DNA from: Auanema rhodensis
Lineage: Eukaryota > Animalia > Nematoda
Reading direction: 5' to 3'
Length of the DNA: 64,000 nucleotides
NCBI GenBank assembly: GCA_964057225.1
Contig: OZ059895.1
Coordinates: 4,588,001-4,652,000 of the forward strand
Made by a program: the position numbers and the translations under genes. This document shows, piece by piece, positions 32,801 to 47,800 of this stretch (positions are counted from its first letter, which is position 1; the number at the start of each line of letters is the position of its first letter). Below the pieces are notes generated by a model that did not search any database, had not been told where the DNA came from, and saw only the letters and a list, made by a program, of their open reading frames with translations.

Positions 32801-35800
32801 ATTTTGACAAAAATTTTTTCGAAAAATTTCAAAATAATATAGCAAAAAGTAGATGTTTTTAGATTCCTTTTTTCAAGGCAAAGACGATGGACAATGTTAT
32901 TCAACGAAAAAATTAATTCTTCAGGGTGAAAATCGAGGATATAAGTGTGAACTTATATCAGTTGATATCTCGGTGCATTTTCAAGCTAGCGCAAATCTGA
33001 TAACACAGATCGACGCAGCTTAAAAATCCGCATCGAATGCACTATACTTCATTGAGAAACGCTTAATACAAAAATTAGTTATGATCGTTTGAAAAATGAT
33101 GCATTAGTGTATGTTGAGTTTCCATGTACACTCAACATTGCTTCCAAAAACATTTTGACAAAAATTTTTTCGAAAAATTTCAAAATAATATAGCAAAAAG
33201 TAGATGTTTTTAGATTCCTTTTTTCAAGGCAAAGACGATGGACAATGTTATTCAACGAAAAAATTAATTCTTCAGGGTGAAAATCGAGGATATATGTGTG
33301 AACTTATATCAGTTGATATCTCGGTGCATTTTCAAGCTAGCGCAAATCTGATAACACAGATCGACGCAGCTTAAAAATCCGCATCGAATGCACTATACTT
33401 CATTGAGAAACGCTTAATACAAAAATTAGTTATGATCGTTTGAAAAATGATGCATTAGTGTATGTTGAGTTTCCATGTACACTCAACATTGCTTCCAAAA
33501 ACATTTTGACAACAATTTTTTCGAAAAATTTCAAAATAATTTAGCAAAAAGTAGATGTTTTTAGATTCCTTTTTTCAAGGCAAAGACGATGGACAATGTT
33601 ATTAAACGAAAAAATTAATTCTTCAGTGTGAAAATCGAGGATATAAGTGTGAACTTATATCAGTTGATATCTCGGTGCATTTTCAAGCTAGCGCAAATCT
33701 GATAACACAGATCGACGCAGCTTAAAAATCCGCATCGAATGCACTATACTTCATTGAGAAACGCTTAATACAAAAATTAGTTATGATCGTTTGAAAAATG
33801 ATGCATTAGTGTATGTTGAGTTTCCATGTACACTCAACATTGCTTCCAAAAACATTTTGACAAAAATTTTTTCGAAAAATTTCAAAATAATTTAGCAAAA
33901 AGTAGATGTTTTTAGATTCCTTTTTTCAAGGCAAAGACGATGGACAATGTTATTCAACGAAAAAATTAATTCTTCAGGGTGAAAATCGAGGATATAAGTG
34001 TGAACTTATATCAGTTGATATCTCGGTGCATTTTCAAGCTAGCGCAAATCTGATAACACAGATCGACGCAGCTTAAAAATCCGCATCGAATGCACTATAC
34101 TTCATTGAGAAACGCTTAATACAAAAATTAGTTATGATCGTTTGAAAAATGATGCATTAGTGTATGTTGAGTTTCCATGTACACTCAACATTGCTTCCAA
34201 AAACATTTTGACAACAATTTTTTCGAAAAATTTCAAAATAATTTAGCAAAAAGTAGATGTTTTTAGATTCCTTTTTTCAAGGCAAAGACGATGGACAATG
34301 TTATTAAACGAAAAAATTAATTCTTCAGTGTGAAAATCGAGGATATAAGTGTGAACTTATATCAGTTGATATCTCGGTGCATTTTCAAGCTAGCGCAAAT
34401 CTGATAACACAGATCGACGCAGCTTAAAAATCCGCATCGAATGCACTATACTTCATTGAGAAACGCTTAATACAAAAATTAGTTATGATCGTTTGAAAAA
34501 TGATGCATTAGTGTATGTTGAGTTTCCATGTACACTCAACATTGCTTCCAAAAACATTTTGACAAAAATTTTTTCGAAAAATTTCAAAATAATTTAGCAA
34601 AAAGTAGATGTTTTTAGATTCCTCTTTTCAAGGCAAAGACGATGGACAATGTTATTCAACGAAAAAATTAATTCTTCAGGGTGAAAATCGAGGATATAAG
34701 TGTGAACTTATATCAGTTGATATCTCGGTGCATTTTCAAGCTAGCGCAAATCTGATAACACAGATCGACGCAGCTTAAAAATCCGCATCGAATGCACTAT
34801 ACTTCATTGAGAAACGCTTAATACAAAAATTAGTTATGATCGTTTGAAAAATGATGCATTAGTGTATGTTGAGTTTCCATGTACACTCAACATTGCTTCC
34901 AAAAACATTTTGACAAAAATTTTTTCGAAAAATTTCAAAATAATATAGCAAAAAGTAGATGTTTTTAGATTCCTTTTTTCAAGGCAAAGACGATGGACAA
35001 TGTTATTCAACGAAAAAATTAATTCTTCAGGGTGAAAATCGAGGATATATGTGTGAACTTATATCAGTTGATATCTCGGTGCATTTTCAAGCTAGCGCAA
35101 ATCTGATAACACAGATCGACGCAGCTTAAAAATCCGCATCGAATGCACTATACTTCATTGAGAAACGCTTAATACAAAAATTAGTTATGATCGTTTGAAA
35201 AATGATGCATTAGTGTATGTTGAGTTTCCATGTACACTCAACATTGCTTCCAAAAACATTTTGACAACAATTTTTTCGAAAAATTTCAAAATAATTTAGC
35301 AAAAAGTAGATGTTTTTAGATTCCTTTTTTCAAGGCAAAGACGATGGACAATGTTATTAAACGAAAAAATTAATTCTTCAGTGTGAAAATCGAGGATATA
35401 AGTGTGAACTTATATCAGTTGATATCTCGGTGCATTTTCAAGCTAGCGCAAATCTGATAACACAGATCGACGCAGCTTAAAAATCCGCATCGAATGCACT
35501 ATACTTCATTGAGAAACGCTTAATACAAAAATTAGTTATGATCGTTTGAAAAATGATGCATTAGTGTATGTTGAGTTTCCATGTACACTCAACATTGCTT
35601 CCAAAAACATTTTGACAAAAATTTTTTCGAAAAATTTCAAAATAATTTAGCAAAAAGTAGATGTTTTTAGATTCCTTTTTTCAAGGCAAAGACGATGGAC
35701 AATGTTATTCAACGAAAAAGTTAATTCTTCAGGGTGAAAATCGAGGATATAAGTGTGAACTTATATCAGTTGATATCTCGGTGCATTTTCAAGCTAGCGC

Positions 35801-38800
35801 AAATCTGATAACACAGATCGACGCAGCTTAAAAATCCGCATCGAATGCACTATACTTCATTGAGAAACGCTTAATACAAAAATTAGTTATGATCGTTTGA
35901 AAAATGATGCATTAGTGTATGTTGAGTTTCCATGTACACTCAACATTGCTTCCAAAAACATTTTGACAAAAATTTTTTCGAAAAATTTCAAAATAATATA
36001 GCAAAAAGTAGATGTTTTTAGATTCCTTTTTTCAAGGCAAAGACGATGGACAATGTTATTCAACGAAAAAATTAATTCTTCAGGGTGAAAATCGAGGATA
36101 TAAGTGTGAACTTATATCAGTTGATATCTCGGTGCATTTTCAAGCTAGCGCAAATCTGATAACACAGATCGACGCAGCTTAAAAATCCGCATCGAATGCA
36201 CTATACTTCATTGAGAAACGCTTAATACAAAAATTAGTTATGATCGTTTGAAAAATGATGCATTAGTGTATGTTGAGTTTCCATGTACACTCAACATTGC
36301 TTCCAAAAACATTTTGACAAAAATTTTTTCGAAAAATTTCAAAATAATATAGCAAAAAGTAGATGTTTTTAGATTCCTTTTTTCAAGGCAAAGACGATGG
36401 ACAATGTTATTCAACGAAAAAATTAATTCTTCAGGGTGAAAATCGAGGATATAAGTGTGAACTTATATCAGTTGATATCTCGGTGCATTTTCAAGCTAGC
36501 GCAAATCTGATAACACAGATCGACGCAGCTTAAAAATCCGCATCGAATGCACTATACTTCATTGAGAAACGCTTAATACAAAAATTAGTTATGATCGTTT
36601 GAAAAATGATGCATTAGTGTATGTTGAGTTTCCATGTACACTCAACATTGCTTCCAAAAACATTTTGACAAAAATTTTTTCGAAAAATTTCAAAATAATT
36701 TAGCAAAAAGTAGATGTTTTTAGATTCCTTTTTTCAAGGCAAAGATGATGGACAATGTTATTCAACGAAAAAATTAATTCTTCAGGGTGAAAATCGAGGA
36801 TATAAGTGTGAACATATATCAGTTGATATCTCGGTGCATTTTCAAGCTAGCGCAAATCTGATAACACAGATCGACGCAGCTTAAAAATCCGCATCGAATG
36901 CACTATACTTCATTGAGAAACGCTTAATACAAAAATTAGTTATGATCGTTTGAAAAATGATGCATTAGTGTATGTTGAGTTTCCATGTACACTCAACATT
37001 GCTTCCAAAAACATTTTGACAAAAATTTTTTCGAAAAATTTCAAAATAATTTAGCAAAAAGTAGATGTTTTTAGATTCCTTTTTTCAAGGCAAAGACGAT
37101 GGACAATGTTATTCAACGAAAAAATTAATTCTTCAGGGTGAAAATCGAGGATATAAGTGTGAACTTATATCAGTTGATATCTCGGTGCATTTTCAAGCTA
37201 GCGCAAATCTGATAACACAGATCGACGCAGCTTAAAAATCCGCATCGAATGCACTATACTTCATTGAGAAACGCTTAATACAAAAATTAGTTATGATCGT
37301 TTGAAAAATGATGCATTAGTGTATGTTGAGTTTCCATGTACACTCAACATTGCTTCCAAAAACATTTTGACAAAAATTTTTTCGAAAAATTTCAAAATAA
37401 TATAGCAAAAAGTAGATGTTTTTAGATTCCTTTTTTCAAGGCAAAGACGATGGACAATGTTATTCAACGAAAAAATTAATTCTTCAGGGTGAAAATCGAG
37501 GATATAAGTGTGAACTTATATCATTTGATATCTCGGTGCATTTTCAAGCTAGCGCAAATCTGATAACACAGATCGACGCAGCTTAAAAATCCGCATCGAA
37601 TGCACTATACTTCATTGAGAAACGCTTAATACAAAAATTAGTTATGATCGTTTGAAAAATGATGCATTAGTGTATGTTGAGTTTCCATGTACACTCAACA
37701 TTGCTTCCAAAAACATTTTGACAAAAATTTTTTCGAAAAATTTCAAAATAATATAGCAAAAAGTAGATGTTTTTAGATTCCTTTTTTCAAGGCAAAGACG
37801 ATGGACAATGTTATTCAACGAAAAAATTAATTCTTCAGGGTGAAAATCGAGGATATAAGTGTGAACTTATATCAGTTGATATCTCGGTGCATTTTCAAGC
37901 TAGCGCAAATCTGATAACACAGATCGACGCAGCTTAAAAATCCGCATCGAATGCACTATACTTCATTGAGAAACGCTTAATACAAAAATTAGTTATGATC
38001 GTTTGAAAAATGATGCATTAGTGTATGTTGAGTTTCCATGTACACTCAACATTGCTTCCAAAAACATTTTGACAAAAATTTTTTCGAAAAATTTCAAAAT
38101 AATTTAGCAAAGAGTAGATGTTTTTAGATTCCTTTTTTCAAGGCAAAGATGATGGACAATGTTATTCAACGAAAAAATTAATTCTTCAGGGTGAAAATCG
38201 AGGATATAAGTGTGAACTTATATCAGTTGATATCTCGGTGCATTTTCAAGCTAGCGCAAATCTGATAACACAGATCGACGCAGCTTAAAAATCCGCATCG
38301 AATGCACTATACTTCATTGAGAAACGCTTAATACAAAAATTAGTTATGATCGTTTGAAAAATGATGCATTAGTGTATGTTGAGTTTCCATGTACACTCAA
38401 CATTGCTTCCAAAAACATTTTGACAAAAATTTTTTCGAAAAATTTCAAAATAATTTAGCAAAGAGTAGATGTTTTTAGATTCCTTTTTTCAAGGCAAAGA
38501 TGATGGACAATGTTATTCAACGAAAAAATTAATTCTTCAGGGTGAAAATCGAGGATATAAGTGTGAACATATATCAGTTGATATCTCGGTGCATTTTCAA
38601 GCTAGCGAAATCTGATAACACAGATCGACGCAGCTTAAAAATCCGCATCGAATGCACTATACTTCATTGAGAAACGCTTAATACAAAAATTAGTTATGAT
38701 CGTTTGAAAAATGATGCATTAGTGTATGTTGAGTTTCCATGTACACTCAACATTGCTTCCAAAAACATTTTGACAAAAATTTTTTCGAAAAATTTCAAAA

Positions 38801-41800
38801 TAATTTAGCAAAAAGTAGATGTTTTTAGATTCCTTTTTTCAAGGCAAAGATGATGGACAATGTTATTCAACGAAAAAATTAATTCTTCAGGGTGAAAATC
38901 GAGGATATAAGTGTGAACATATATCAGTTGATATCTCGGTGCATTTTCAAGCTAGCGAAATCTGATAACACAGATCGACGCAGCTTAAAAATCCGCATCC
39001 AATGCACTATACTTCATTGAGAAACGCTTAATACAAAAATTAGTTATGATCGTTTGAAAAATGATGCATTAGTGTATGTTGAGTTTCCATGTACACTCAA
39101 CATTGCTTCCAAAAACATTTTGACAAAAATTTTTTCGAAAAATTTCAAAATAATTTAGCAAAAAGTAGATGTTTTTAGATTCCTTTTTTCAAGGCAAAGA
39201 CGATGGACAATGTTATTCAACGAAAAAATTAATTCTTCAGGGTGAAAATCGAGGATATAAGTGTGAACTTATATCAGTTGATATCTCGGTGCATTTTCAA
39301 GCTAGCGCAAATCTGATAACACAGATCGACGCAGCTTAAAAATCCGCATCGAATGCACTATACTTCATTGAGAAACGCTTAATACAAAAATTAGTTATGA
39401 TCGTTTGAAAAATGATGCATTAGTGTATGTTGAGTTTCCATGTACACTCAACATTGCTTCCAAAAACATTTTGACAAAAATTTTTTCGAAAAATTTCAAA
39501 ATAATATAGCAAAAAGTAGATGTTTTTAGATTCCTTTTTTCAAGGCAAAGACGATGGACAATGTTATTCAACGAAAAAATTAATTCTTCAGGGTGAAAAT
39601 CGAGGATATAAGTGTGAACTTATATCAGTTGATATCTCGGTGCATTTTCAAGCTAGCGCAAATCTGATAACACAGATCGACGCAGCTTAAAAATCCGCAT
39701 CGAATGCACTATACTTCATTGAGAAACGCTTAATACAAAAATTAGTTATGATCGTTTGAAAAATGATGCATTAGTGTATGTTGAGTTTCCATGTACACTC
39801 AACATTGCTTCCAAAAACATTTTGACAAAAATTTTTTCGAAAAATTTCAAAATAATTTAGCAAAAAGTAGATGTTTTTAGATTCCTTTTTTCAAGGCAAA
39901 GACGATGGACAATGTTATTCAACGAAAAAATTAATTCTTCAGGGTGAAAATCGAGGATATAAGTGTGAACTTATATCAGTTGATATCTCGGTGCATTTTC
40001 AAGCTAGCGCAAATCTGATAACACAGATCGACGCAGCTTAAAAATCCGCATCGAATGCACTATACTTCATTGAGAAACGCTTAATACAAAAATTAGTTAT
40101 GATCGTTTGAAAAATGATGCATTAGTGTATGTTGAGTTTCCATGTACACTCAACATTGCTTCCAAAAACATTTTGACAAAAATTTTTTCGAAAAATTTCA
40201 AAATAATTTAGCAAAAAGTACATGTTTTTAGATTCCTTTTTTCAAGGCAAAGATGATGGACAATGTTATTCAACGAAAAAATTAATTCTTCAGGGTGAAA
40301 ATCGAGGATATAAGTGTGAACATATATCAGTTGATATCTCGGTGCATTTTCAAGCTAGCGAAATCTGATAACACAGATCGACGCAGCTTAAAAATCCGCA
40401 TCGAATGCACTATACTTCATTGAGAAACGCTTAATACAAAAATTAGTTATGATCGTTTGAAAAATGATGCATTAGTGTATGTTGAGTTTCCATGTACACT
40501 CAACATTGCTTCCAAAAACATTTTGACAAAAATTTTTTCGAAAAATTTCAAAATAATTTAGCAAAAAGTACATGTTTTTAGATTCCTTTTTTCAAGGCAA
40601 AGATGATGGACAATGTTATTCAACGAAAAAATTAATTCTTCAGGGTGAAAATCGAGGATATAAGTGTGAACATATATCAGTTGATATCTCGGTGCATTTT
40701 CAAGCTAGCGCAAATCTGATAACACAGATCGACGCAGCTTAAAAATCCGCATCGAATGCACTATACTTCATTGAGAAACGCTTAATACAAAAATTAGTTA
40801 TGATCGTTTGAAAAATGATGCATTAGTGTATGTTGAGTTTCCATGTACACTCAACATTGCTTCCAAAAACATTTTGACAAAAATTTTTTCGAAAAATTTC
40901 AAAATAATATAGCAAAAAGTAGATGTTTTTAGATTCCTTTTTTCAAGGCAAAGACGATGGACAATGTTATTCAACGAAAAAATTAATTCTTCAGGGTGAA
41001 AATCGAGGATATAAGTGTGAACTTATATCAGTTGATATCTCGGTGCATTTTCAAGCTAGCGCAAATCTGATAACACAGATCGACGCAGCTTAAAAATCCG
41101 CATCGAATGCACTATACTTCATTGAGAAACGCTTAATACAAAAATTAGTTATGATCGTTTGAAAAATGATGCATTAGTGTATGTTGAGTTTCCATGTACA
41201 CTCAACATTGCTTCCAAAAACATTTTGACAAAAATTTTTTCGAAAAATTTCAAAATAATATAGCAAAAAGTAGATGTTTTTAGATTCCTTTTTTCAAGGC
41301 AAAGACGATGGACAATGTTATTCAACGAAAAAATTAATTCTTCAGGGTGAAAATCGAGGATATAAGTGTGAACATATATCAGTTGATATCTCGGTGCATT
41401 TTCAAGCTAGCGAAATCTGATAACACAGATCGACGCAGCTTAAAAATCCGCATCGAATGCACTATACTTCATTGAGAAACGCTTAATACAAAAATTAGTT
41501 ATGATCGTTTGAAAAATGATGCATTAGTGTATGTTGAGTTTCCATGTACACTCAACATTGCTTCCAAAAACATTTTGACAAAAATTTTTTCGAAAAATTT
41601 CAAAATAATTTAGCAAAAAGTAGATGTTTTTAGATTCCTTTTTTCAAGGCAAAGATGATGGACAATGTTATTCAACGAAAAAATTAATTCTTCAGGGTGA
41701 AAATCGAGGATATAAGTGTGAACATATATCAGTTGATATCTCGGTGCATTTTCAAGCTAGCGCAAATCTGATAACACAGATCGACGCAGCTTAAAAATCC

Positions 41801-44800
41801 GCATCGAATGCACTATACTTCATTGAGAAACGCTTAATACAAAAATTAGTTATGATCGTTTGAAAAATGATGCATTAGTGTATGTTGAGTTTCCATGTAC
41901 ACTCAACATTGCTTCCAAAAACATTTTGACAAAAATTTTTTCGAAAAATTTCAAAATAATATAGCAAAAAGTAGATGTTTTTAGATTCCTTTTTTCAAGG
42001 CAAAGACGATGGACAATGTTATTCAACGAAAAAATTAATTCTTCAGGGTGAAAATCGAGGATATAAGTGTGAACTTATATCAGTTGATATCTCGGTGCAT
42101 TTTCAAGCTAGCGCAAATCTGATAACACAGATCGACGCAGCTTAAAAATCCGCATCGAATGCACTATACTTCATTGAGAAACGCTTAATACAAAAATTAG
42201 TTATGATCGTTTGAAAAATGATGCATTAGTGTATGTTGAGTTTCCATGTACACTCAACATTGCTTCCAAAAACATTTTGACAAAAATTTTTTCGAAAAAT
42301 TTCAAAATAATTTAGCAAAGAGTAGATGTTTTTAGATTCCTTTTTTCAAGGCAAAGATGATGGACAATGTTATTCAACGAAAAAATTAATTCTTCAGGGT
42401 GAAAATCGAGGATATAAGTGTGAACATATATCAGTTGATATCTCGGTGCATTTTCAAGCTAGCGAAATCTGATAACACAGATCGACGCAGCTTAAAAATC
42501 CGCATCGAATGCACTATACTTCATTGAGAAACGCTTAATACAAAAATTAGTTATGATCGTTTGAAAAATGATGCATTAGTGTATGTTGAGTTTCCATGTA
42601 CACTCAACATTGCTTCCAAAAACATTTTGACAAAAATTTTTTCGAAAAATTTCAAAATAATTTAGCAAAAAGTAGATGTTTTTAGATTCCTTTTTTCAAG
42701 GCAAAGACGATGGACAATGTTATTCAACGAAAAAATTAATTCTTCAGGGTGAAAATCGAGGATATAAGTGTGAACTTATATCAGTTGATATCTCGGTGCA
42801 TTTTCAAGCTAGCGCAAATCTGATAACACAGATCGACGCAGCTTAAAAATCCGCATCGAATGCACTATACTTCATTGAGAAACGCTTAATACAAAAATTA
42901 GTTATGATCGTTTGAAAAATGATGCATTAGTGTATGTTGAGTTTCCATGTACACTCAACATTGCTTCCAAAAACATTTTGACAAAAATTTTTTCGAAAAA
43001 TTTCAAAATAATTTAGCAAAGAGTAGATGTTTTTAGATTCCTTTTTTCAAGGCAAAGATGATGGACAATGTTATTCAACGAAAAAATTAATTCTTCAGGG
43101 TGAAAATCGAGGATATAAGTGTGAACATATATCAGTTGATATCTCGGTGCATTTTCAAGCTAGCGAAATCTGATAACACAGATCGACGCAGCTTAAAAAT
43201 CCGCATCGAATGCACTATACTTCATTGAGAAACGCTTAATACAAAAATTAGTTATGATCGTTTGAAAAATGATGCATTAGTGTATGTTGAGTTTCCATGT
43301 ACACTCAACATTGCTTCCAAAAACATTTTGACAAAAATTTTTTCGAAAAATTTCAAAATAATTTAGCAAAAAGTAGATGTTTTTAGATTCCTTTTTTCAA
43401 GGCAAAGATGATGGACAATGTTATTCAACGAAAAAATTAATTCTTCAGGGTGAAAATCGAGGATATAAGTGTGAACATATATCAGTTGATATCTCGGTGC
43501 ATTTTCAAGCTAGCGCAAATCTGATAACACAGATCGACGCAGCTTAAAAATTCGCATTGAATGCACTATACTTCATTGAGAAACGCTTAATACAAAAATT
43601 AGTTATGATCGTTTGAAAAATGATGCATTAGTGTATGTTGAGTTTCCATGTACACTCAACATTGCTTCCAAAAACATTTTGACAAAAATTTTTTCGAAAA
43701 ATTTCAAAATAATTTAGCAAAAAGTAGATGTTTTTAGATTCCTTTTTTCAAGGCAAAGACGATGGACAATGTTATTCAACGAAAAAATTAATTCTTCGGG
43801 GTGAAAATCGAGGATATAAGTGTGAACTTATATCAGTTGATATCTCGGTGCATTTTTAAGCTAGCGCAAATCTGATAACACAGATCGACGCAGCTTAAAA
43901 ATCCGCATCGAATGCACTATACTTCATTGAGAAACGCTTAATACAAAAATTAGTTATGATCGTTTGAAAAATGATGCATTAGTTTATGTTGAGTTTCCAT
44001 GTACACTCAACATTGCTTCCAAAAACATTTTGACAAAAATTTTTTCAAAAAATTTCAAAATAATTTAGCGAAAAGTAGATGTTTTTAGATTCCTTTTTTC
44101 AAGGCAAAGATGATGGACAATGTTATTCAACGAAAAAATTAATTCTTCAGGGTGAAAATCGAGGATATAAGTGTGAACATATATCAGTTGATATCTCGGT
44201 GCATTTTCAAGCTAGCGCAAATCTGATAACACAGATCGGCGCAGCTTAAAAATCCGCATCGAATGCACTATACTTCATTGAGAAACGCTTAATACAAAAA
44301 TTAGTTATGATCGTTTGAAAAATGATGCATTAGTGTATGTTGAGTTTCCATGTACACTCAACATTGCTTCCAAAAACATTTTGACAAAAATTTTTTCGAA
44401 AAATTTCAAAATAATTTAGCAAAAAGTAGATGTTTTTAGATTCCTTTTTTCAAGGCAAAGACGATGGACAATGTTATTCAACGAAAAAATTAATTCTTCA
44501 GGGTGAAAATCGAGGATATAAGTGTGAACTTATATCAGTTGATATCTCGGTGCATTTTCAAGCTAGCGCAAATCTGATAACACAGATCGACGCGGCTTAA
44601 AAATCCGCATCGAATGCACTATACTTCATTGAGAAACGCTTAATACAAAAATTAGTTATGATCGTTTGAAAAATGATGCATTAGTGTATGTTGAGTTTCC
44701 ATGTACACTCAACATTGCTTCCAAAAACATTTTGACAAAAATTTTTTCGAAAAATTTCAAAATAATTTAGCAAAGAGTAGATGTTTTTAGATTCCTTTTT

Positions 44801-47800
44801 TCAAGGCAAAGATGATGGACAATGTTATTCAACGAAAAAATTAATTCTTCAGGGTGAAAATCGAGGATATAAGTGTGAACATATATCAGTTGATATCTCG
44901 GTGCATTTTCAAGCTAGCGAAATCTGATAACACAGATCGACGCAGCTTAAAAATCCGCATCGAATGCACTATACTTCATTGAGAAACGCTTAATACAAAA
45001 ATTAGTTATGATCGTTTGAAAAATGATGCATTAGTTTATGTTGAGTTTCCATGTACACTCAACATTGCTTCCAAAAACATTTTGACAAAAATTTTTTCGA
45101 AAAATTTCAAAATAATTTAGCGAAAAGTAGATGTTTTTAGATTCCTTTTTTCAAGGCAAAGATGATGGACAATGTTATTCAACGAAAAAATTAATTCTTC
45201 AGGGTGAAAATCGAGGATATAAGTGTGAACATATATCAGTTGATATCTCGGTGCATTTTCAAGCTAGCGCAAATCTGATAACACAGATCGGCGCAGCTTA
45301 AAAATCCGCATCGAATGCACTATACTTCATTGAGAAACGCTTAATACAAAAATTAGTTATGATCGTTTGAAAAATAATGCATTAGTGTATGTTGAGTTTC
45401 CATGTACACTCAACATTGCTTCCAAAAACATTTTGACAAAAATTTTTTCGAAAAATTTCAAAATAATATAGCAAAAAGTAGATGTTTTTAGATTCCTTTT
45501 TTCAAGGCAAAGACGATGGACAATGTTATTCAACGAAAAAATTAATTTTTCAGGGTGAAAATCGAGGATATAAGTGTGAACTTATATCAGTTGATATCTC
45601 GGTGCATTTTCAAGCTAGCGCAAATCTGATAACACAGATCGACGCAGCTTAAAAATCCGCATCGAATGCACTATACTTCATTGAGAAACGCTTAATACAA
45701 AAATTAGTTATGATCGTTTGAAAAATGATGCATTAGTGTATGTTGAGTTTCCATGTACACTCAACATTGCTTCCAAAAACATTTTGACAAAAATTTTTTC
45801 GAAAAATTTCAAAATAATTTAGCAAAGAGTAGATGTTTTTAGATTCCTTTTTTCAAGGCAAAGATGATGGACAATGTTATTCAACGAAAAAATTAATTCT
45901 TCAGGGTGAAAATCGAGGATATAAGTGTGAACATATATCAGTTGATATCTCGGTGCATTTTCAAGCTAGCGAAATCTGATAACACAGATCGACGCAGCTT
46001 AAAAATCCGCATCGAATGCACTATACTTCATTGAGAAACGCTTAATACAAAAATTAGTTATGATCGTTTGAAAAATGATGCATTAGTGTATGTTGAGTTT
46101 CCATGTACACTCAACATTGCTTCCAAAAACATTTTGACAAAAATTTTTTCGAAAAATTTCAAAATAATTTAGCAAAAAGTAGATGTTTTTAGATTCCTTT
46201 TTTCAAGGCAAAGACGATGGACAATGTTATTCAACGAAAAAATTAATTCTTCAGGGTGAAAATCGAGGATATAAGTGTGAACTTATATCAGTTGATATCT
46301 TGGTGCATTTTCAAGCTAGCGCAAATCTGATAACACAGATCGACGCAGCTTAAAAATCCGCATCGAATGCACTATACTTCATTGAGAAACGCTTAATACA
46401 AAAATTAGTTATGATCGTTTGAAAAATGATGCATTAGTGTATGTTGAGTTTCCATGTACACTCAACATTGCTTCCAAAAACATTTTGACAAAAATTTTTT
46501 CGAAAAATTTCAAAATAATTTAGCGAAAAGTAGATGTTTTCAGATTCCTTTTTTCAAGGCAAAGATGATGGACAATGTTATTCAACGAAAAAATTAATTC
46601 TTCAGGGTGAAAATCGAGGATATAAGTGTGAACTTATATCAGTTGATATCTCGGTGCATTTTCAAGCTAGCGCAAATCTGATAACACAGATCGACGCAGC
46701 TTAAAAATCCGCATCGAATGCACTATACTTCATTGAGAAACGCTTAATACAAAAATTAGTTATGATCGTTTGAAAAATGATGCATTAGTGTATGTTGAGT
46801 TTCCATGTACACTCAACATTGCTTCCAAAAACATTTTGACAAAAATTTTTTCGAAAAATTTCAAAATAATTTAGCAAAGAGTAGATGTTTTTAGATTCCT
46901 TTTTTCAAGGCAAAGATGATGGACAAAGTTATTCAACGAAAAAATTAATTCTTCAGGGTGAAAATCGAGGATATAAGTGTGAACATATATCAGTTGATAT
47001 CTCGGTGCATTTTCAAGCTAGCGCAAATCTGATAACACAGATCGACGCAGCTTAAAAATCCGCATCGAATGCACTATACTTCATTGAGAAACGCTTAATA
47101 CAAAAATTAGTTATGATTGTTTGAAAAATGATGCATTAGTGTATGTTGAGTTTCCATGTACACTCAACATTGCTTCCAAAAACATTTTGACAAAAATTTT
47201 TTCGAAAAATTTCAAAATAATTTAGCAAAAAGTAGATGTTTTTAGATTCCTTTTTTCAAGGCAAAGACGATGGACAATGTTATTCAACGAAAAAATTAAT
47301 TCTTCAGGGTGAAAATCGAGGATATAAGTGTGAACATATATCAGTTGATATCTCGGTGCATTTTCAAGCTAGCGCAAATCTGATAACACAGATCGACGCA
47401 GCTTAAAAATCCGCATCGAATGCACTATACTTCATTGAGAAACGCTTAATACAAAAATTAGTTATGATCGTTTGAAAAATGATGCATTAGTTTATGTTGA
47501 GTTTCCATGTACACTCAACATTGCTTCCAAAAACATTTTGACAAAAATTTTTTCGAAAAATTTCAAAATAATTTAGCGAAAAGTAGATGTTTTTAGATTC
47601 CTTTTTTCAAGGCAAAGATGATGGACAATGTTATTCAACGAAAAAATTAATTCTTCAGGGTGAAAATCGAGGATATAAGTGTGAACATATATCAGTTGAT
47701 ATCTCGGTGCATTTTCAAGCTAGCGCAAATCTGATAACACAGATCGACGCAGCTTAAAAATCCGCATCGAATGCACTATACTTCATTGAGAAACGCTTAA

